From the IMG/VR virus record IMGVR_UViG_3300017725_000001, positions 32,001 through 96,000 of that record: 64,000 nucleotides of DNA; one strand, 5' to 3'. Made by a program: the position numbers and the translations under genes. A model generated the notes under the pieces. The model was given only the letters and a program-made list of their open reading frames with translations, was not told the DNA's origin and made no database searches. Each line of letters opens with the position of its first letter. Positions within the stretch are counted from its first letter, which is position 1. This stretch comes from a virus. Positions 58,801 through 64,000 of this stretch are shown one piece after another.

Positions 58801-60603
58801 CTGCTGTACCGTCTAGTGTTGCATCACCCATTAGTGCTACGTCTGCCGCATCACTGTCTGCGATTGCATTTGCTTCTGCCGCATCTGCTTTTGTAGTTGC
58901 ATCAGCCGCCGCAGTTGAAATCGCGTCTGCTTCAGCTGTATCAGCATATGCTTGTGCTGATGCTAAAGTTGATGCATCTCCTGCTTGTCTGTTTGTTGTT
59001 TCTGCCGCTATTGCCGCCGCATTAACACCTTCAGCCGCTTGTGCTCTTGTAGACTCCGCATTGATATTTGTTTGTAATGCCGCGTCACCAGTTGTGATGT
59101 CTGAAGCATTCTGCGAAATAGCAGTTGCGTTTGCGTTAATTGCCGCTGTTGCCGCTGAATCACCAGCTTGGAAAGCTGTAACGATTTCAGTCAGTGAGTC
59201 AAGTGCCGCTGGGTCTGTGTTAGTTAGAATGTTATCAATTCTAGCTGTTTCAGTTGCAATGTCAGCTGTATTAGTTGCGATATCAGCTGTGTTAGTTGCA
59301 ATATCTGTAGTGTTAGTATCAATCTCACCGTGAAGTTCGTTGATAGCCGCACCAATTGATGTTGCTGTAGTATCAAGTGGTGTATTTGCTACATCACCAA
59401 CTACTGTTTCTAACGCACTAATATCTGAAGCATTTGTAGTAACTTTAGCGTCAACTACTGCTACCGCTGTATTGATAGCCGCTGTCTCTGCCGCTGATAC
59501 TGTATCTGCGTGTGCTTCAGCCGCCGCTTGTGCCGCGTCTGCTTTTGTAGTTGCATCTGCCGCCGCTGTAGCGATTGCATCTGCTTCTGCTGTATCTGCG
59601 TATGTTTGTGCTGATGCTAAAGTTGTTGCATCTGCTGTTGCAAAGTCTGTTCTTACCGCTGTATCTGCATTTGCTCTTGCAGTCGCTTCGTTTGCAATGT
59701 CTTGTGCATTTGCTAATTCAGCTCCTGATGCACGTGTAACTTCTGCCGCTAAGTCGGTTTGTAGTTGTGAAACTTCACCGTCTGTAGCAGATATTTCCGC
59801 CGCCAATCCAGTTGTTAGTGTAGTAATGTCACCTTCATTAGCAGTTACTCTAGCATCAAGTGCATTTTCAGCCGCTCTAGCAGTTGCCGCTTCTGTTGAA
59901 ATATCAGATGCGTTAGTTCCTTCAGCGCCTTGTGCTCTTGTTGCTTCTGTACTAATTGCAGTTGCATTTGCTTGTTCTGCAGTTTGAGCTCTAGCTGTCT
60001 CGTTTGTAATTAAAGTCGAGTTAGCTGTTATTGCCGCAGTCAATGCACTATCTTGAGATTGAAATTCTGCAACAATTTCAGATAAACTGTCTAATGCCGC
60101 AGGGTCAACGTTTGATATAATGTTTGTTATTTGAGTTTGTAATCCAGCATCTGCCGCTTTATAAGCTGTATCTAGAGCGGATTCTGCCGCTGTAGCTCTG
60201 CTTATTTCACTTGCGATGTCCGTCGCATTTACACCCTCTGCCGCTGTCGCTCTTGACGTTTCAGCCGCGATATCATTTGCGTTCTGAAGTTCAGCCGCAC
60301 GTGCTATCACTGCTTCTGCCGCCACTGCTGTAGCAATGTCTGCCGCTACTGCTGATTGAGCTTTTGCATCTGTAAAGTATTCATTACTTGAACCTTCGGT
60401 AATATCATCAGTTGTAATGAACCAATAAAATTTGCCGCTGTAATACTTTTCAGAGCTGAAGTCGCATTGTCGTGTAAAAGGAAAGCATCTAAGTTGTTTG
60501 CTGATGTAGTTGCAGTTTGGCCTGAAACTGAACTCGCATCAAGTTTGGTATCGATAACCGCTTGGTTAGCCAACGCCGGACTCTTAATTTGTCTAAAAGC
60601 CAT
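55874..60603 (-). CDS. Giant Ala/Thr-rich coiled-coil fibre (about 1575 aa), split by a -1 frame break near 60413-60433
   Basis: The RBS-bearing MAFRQIK ORF joins in the -1 frame to TTDDITEGSSNEYFTDAKAQ, which is continuous with the 1483-aa ORF. Four DPAALDSL-EIV repeats; C-terminal YRSAKY domain. Confidence 0.8.
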
Positions 60604-60751
60604 AGAGATTTCTCCAATCAAATATATTTGATTTGCCTATAATCTTTATAAGCAAAAGAATACGTACATAAAGTAAGTATTCTGCATAGGCCGTAAAACC
60701 CATACAATGTATTTATTCAATATTGCTGTTTATTATATATTATGATATTGT

Positions 60752-61942
60752 TTAAATTGGAAGAAATCTGAAGTCTACAACCGCTCCAGTTGATGGAGCA
60801 TTATTAAGAGTTAATGTAGCTCCTAGTATACTATAATCTGTAGGAGGAAGTATTGCTCCATCTACAATTACTAATATACTATGTACAGTATGACCAGTTG
60901 GAATAGTATATTGTGTTGTACTATTGTCGCCAGCATACTGACTACTATTATATATCAAGTTTAGATGTCTATTTTCTATGCAGTTATCAGGAAATGCTGT
61001 AATACTTGCAAAATGAAATCTATACTTTACATATATATCTGCACCATTATCTGGTGTAACATTAAATACTAGTTTTTTATTTGAATCTATTGAGAATACA
61101 TCTGGTCTTTGTAATACATCGTCTACGTATACATCAATAGCTTCTACTGAAGGTAAATCACTAGCTGTTAATTGATATTCTGTTGTTGTGCCATCACCTG
61201 TAAATGTTTGTGCTGGCTCTATACTAGTTGATGGGAATGCTAAATCATTTCTTAATAGTGCTTCTAAGTCAGTTAATTCTGTGCTTGTTGCGAATGCACT
61301 ATCAGCGCCTTGAAAGGCTGTAACAATTTCACTCAAAGAGTCAAGTGCCGCTGGATCAGTATTTTGAATGATACTATCAATTTGATCTTGTAAGCCTTGC
61401 GTTACTGTTGCATCACCTACACCAAATCTACCTTGATATACTGCTCCACTTATATATACACTTTTACCTGTAAATGATTTACCATTTGGTAAACTATCAC
61501 CAATAAAGTTTAGTACACCAGATTGATAATCAAAGAACCATTCGTCATTATTACCACTACCTGTTACAAATACTTTGTTAGCTAAACTTTCAGCACCTGC
61601 TGAATCGTTAGTATCATGTATGTAAACACTTACTAGATATGTACTACCAAATTCTGGAGTTATCCAATCTGTAATACTTGTTTTCCATGTTCTATTTCCT
61701 GTTGATGTAATATCTTCTGAACACTCAACAGCATTATATAATTTTACCTGTGTTGTATCTGCTGATGGTTTTACTGCTGGTATGCTACCTGCTTCTGCCC
61801 AAACTTTATCACCACGTAATAAAAGTGGACTTGCTATTGCTTCGTTGGCCGCTAACTTATTGGCATTAATATCTGTTTTAGTAGCACCATAACCAATCTT
61901 CTTAAATAGGTAGTCAATTTTTTGATTATCACTAATTGCCAT
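60752..61942 (-). CDS. Virion structural/fibre-base protein
   Basis: WFFDYQSGVL, TDPAALDSLSEIV and two GDG-TT-Y-type beta domains. Confidence 0.75.
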   Translation of the reverse strand: MAISDNQKIDYLFKKIGYGATKTDINANKLAANEAIASPLLLRGDKVWAEAGSIPAVKPSADTTQVKLYNAVECSEDITSTGNRTWKTSITDWITPEFGSTYLVSVYIHDTNDSAGAESLANKVFVTGSGNNDEWFFDYQSGVLNFIGDSLPNGKSFTGKSVYISGAVYQGRFGVGDATVTQGLQDQIDSIIQNTDPAALDSLSEIVTAFQGADSAFATSTELTDLEALLRNDLAFPSTSIEPAQTFTGDGTTTEYQLTASDLPSVEAIDVYVDDVLQRPDVFSIDSNKKLVFNVTPDNGADIYVKYRFHFASITAFPDNCIENRHLNLIYNSSQYAGDNSTTQYTIPTGHTVHSILVIVDGAILPPTDYSILGATLTLNNAPSTGAVVDFRFLPI

Positions 61943-63999
61943 TAGTTAGACTCCCCTATTTGTAAATTTGTAATTTGTTTTCCTGCTTCTAATGCTATTC
62001 TAATCAATACAACATTATTAGTTGCATTACTCATATTCTCACTACCTAATGTCATTGTATAAGTTGAGTTAATACTTGAATTAGTTGGAATAACGTCTGC
62101 ACCTGTTAATGCACAACCATCACTACCATTACCACCTGAGCCTGTGTTACTACCTGGAACACCAACACCTGCGTATTGAGCTGTACCATCTATCCAACCA
62201 TTTAATCCACTTGCACCGTCAACGGTAGTACCTGGTGCCGCAATCCATAATCCACTTATTCCATTTGTATTAATTGTAATACTAAAGTTAGCTACAACCT
62301 GTCTACGGAATGCGAATGTAAAATATTGTGTTCCTGTGTCTGCACTTCTATCAGGGCCAACTGGAAGATACCCAGTTGAATAATCTGTTGTATTGTGTTC
62401 TAATGTTCCCCAACGTACAGTTGCTTCTTGTGTTCCACTTACACTTACTGCACCAGTAAATGGTGTAGCTGTATAATCTGTTGAACCTACTATTGTTGGA
62501 TTGTCTGTACTATCTGAAACAAAATCTGCTATACGTATTGCATTATCTGTTATTGTTCCATTACCTAAACTACCCGCTACAGGAATACTATCTTCTATTA
62601 CACCTGTTGGATTAGATCTATGTACTTGTACTTTTGTATCAAATTCTGTATAACTACTTGTTCCGTTAACATTTTTTATTCTAGCTTTAATAGTTTCTAT
62701 TGCCGCAATATTTGATTGTGTAATATCAATAGTTTGATCAGCAAACGAATAACTTAATGTGTTAGCTGTTGGTATACCACTTACTAGATATGAAGCATCT
62801 TCTAAGTCCGCATAGTCTTTAAATTGTGTTTGAATTGTACCAGCTGAGGTACCTTCTACATTAGTACCATTACTAATTTCTAAAACATTATTAGTATCTC
62901 TATATGCTTGTCCTATCCAATTTGATACATTTAATCCAGATAATATTAATTTTGGATTTCCTGTATTATAATATGGTATACCTGATATGTATCTATAAGT
63001 TCCTGAAACACTTTCAGAAAGAATAGAACTAGTATTATCAAGTGTAGGTACGTCTGTTAGATCATCACACATAACTGTTACGTAATTTGTTTCACCTGTT
63101 GTACTATGTTCTATTCTCTGATCATTAACACCAATAGCATACTCTGCAAATGGTTTAGAAATTTTTGAATCAAATGTTTGATAGAAACCAGTTGGGTATG
63201 TTGAAGCACTTATTGTATTGTGAGCATCATCTTGTTGAGTGATCACTAAATCATTAAATGTACCAGTTTCATTGAGGGAAGTAGAAAAGGTTGTTGATCC
63301 ATTTGGCGTACCATTTACTATTGCAGTTACAGTACCCGCTAATCCATTATATGCATTTTCAGCTATTGTTGTGTCAAGTGTTCCACTAGTATATCTTCTT
63401 GCAGTATTTGTATCCAAATCATCACCTGCTGTTAATGGTGACGTTGCACTATTATCTGTGAAATTATATGCTAATTTTGGATCAGTACCTTGTGCAGGAT
63501 CTACTAGTGAAATTGTTTTATTTCCAAGTCCGTCTGGAGCAGTAGGAACTGCATGAACTTGAAACGTTAAATTCTGTGTATCTGTTTGAGCTGTTATATC
63601 TGGTGTACCACTAGCTGTATAATCTAGTTGATAGTTACCAGGTGTTTTGCCTGAGAAGTCATGTTGTATAGATCCTTCAGTAGTTGTTGTATCATTAGAA
63701 CTTCCATCATTCCAATTAAATTCAGCACTATCTTTATTTTCTGAAGTATCTGTGACTTCTACTATTGCTCTGTTATTACCTAAATAATCAAATCCATCAT
63801 AAACATCAAACTGGTTATCTCCATTCTTGTCTGATACTTGTACTGCCGTTCCAGATATGTTTGCTCTTACGTCTGGCTCAACGTGTATACTAAACGACGA
63901 ACTTGTAAATGGACTGCTTGAGTGTCCACTTATTACTTGTAAATTACCTGTATAATCTTGAGGTGTATTATTATTTGTTAATGTATATTTGTGTGTTAT
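61942..63999 (-). CDS. Large virion protein with PKD/Ig-like domains (5' end outside the window)
   Basis: The frame stays open from the window end (ITHKYTLTNN...FNWNDGS...HDFSG); the track start at 63417 is internal. Confidence 0.8.
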   Translation of the reverse strand: MTHKYTLTNNNTPQDYTGNLQVISGHSSSPFTSSSFSIHVEPDVRANISGTAVQVSDKNGDNQFDVYDGFDYLGNNRAIVEVTDTSENKDSAEFNWNDGSSNDTTTTEGSIQHDFSGKTPGNYQLDYTASGTPDITAQTDTQNLTFQVHAVPTAPDGLGNKTISLVDPAQGTDPKLAYNFTDNSATSPLTAGDDLDTNTARRYTSGTLDTTIAENAYNGLAGTVTAIVNGTPNGSTTFSTSLNETGTFNDLVITQQDDAHNTISASTYPTGFYQTFDSKISKPFAEYAIGVNDQRIEHSTTGETNYVTVMCDDLTDVPTLDNTSSILSESVSGTYRYISGIPYYNTGNPKLILSGLNVSNWIGQAYRDTNNVLEISNGTNVEGTSAGTIQTQFKDYADLEDASYLVSGIPTANTLSYSFADQTIDITQSNIAAIETIKARIKNVNGTSSYTEFDTKVQVHRSNPTGVIEDSIPVAGSLGNGTITDNAIRIADFVSDSTDNPTIVGSTDYTATPFTGAVSVSGTQEATVRWGTLEHNTTDYSTGYLPVGPDRSADTGTQYFTFAFRRQVVANFSITINTNGISGLWIAAPGTTVDGASGLNGWIDGTAQYAGVGVPGSNTGSGGNGSDGCALTGADVIPTNSSINSTYTMTLGSENMSNATNNVVLIRIALEAGKQITNLQIGESN

Positions 64000-64000
64000 C

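Noticed and set aside
53903-59987. Many plus-strand ORFs of 80-215 aa opposite the fibre genes, and similar ones across the window
   Set aside because: They are antisense shadows of codon-biased minus-strand genes, with no RBS, promoter or motifs.
1-64000. Stop-codon reassignment, introns or inteins in core genes
   Set aside because: Coding density is high under code 11, and TerL, helicase, UvsX and UvsW are normal in length and uninterrupted.

Overview
This window is 64 kb of an AT-rich, standard-code genome of a large T4-superfamily myovirus. Its gene order (gp13-dNMP kinase-sheath-tube-gp4-TerL-SSB-UvsX-UvsY...UvsW-gp62-mini DnaE-primase-helicase...exonuclease-NrdA, with gp14/gp15 on the opposite strand) resembles GAP32/RaK2-type large phages. 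The accessory genes look marine and the host is probably a proteobacterium (inference). Almost all genes are on the minus strand. The window contains the NrdA 5' end, a block of probable head-internal proteins, replication, recombination and packaging genes, neck and tail genes, and a long modular fibre cluster. It also carries many modifying enzymes: five 2OG-Fe(II) oxygenases, a flavin halogenase, two GT-A glycosyltransferases, an SGNH-like protein and a P-loop/sulfotransferase-like protein, plus RpiB and an SbmA/BacA transporter. The main observations are: (1) a fibre / 62-aa mini-tip / glycosyltransferase-oxygenase cassette that may chemically decorate the virion; (2) apparent avoidance of GCWGC, visible as forced GCS-GCN coding of Ala-Ala; (3) four sigma70 promoters placed for leaderless mRNAs; (4) two distant promoters sharing an operator-like palindrome and a 17-nt leader; (5) a -1 frame break in the giant fibre gene beside an A-AAT-TTT heptamer; (6) a stand-alone DnaE catalytic core. 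I saw no tRNA, rRNA, CRISPR array, integrase or reverse transcriptase. All family calls come from motif recognition by eye, not from database searches.
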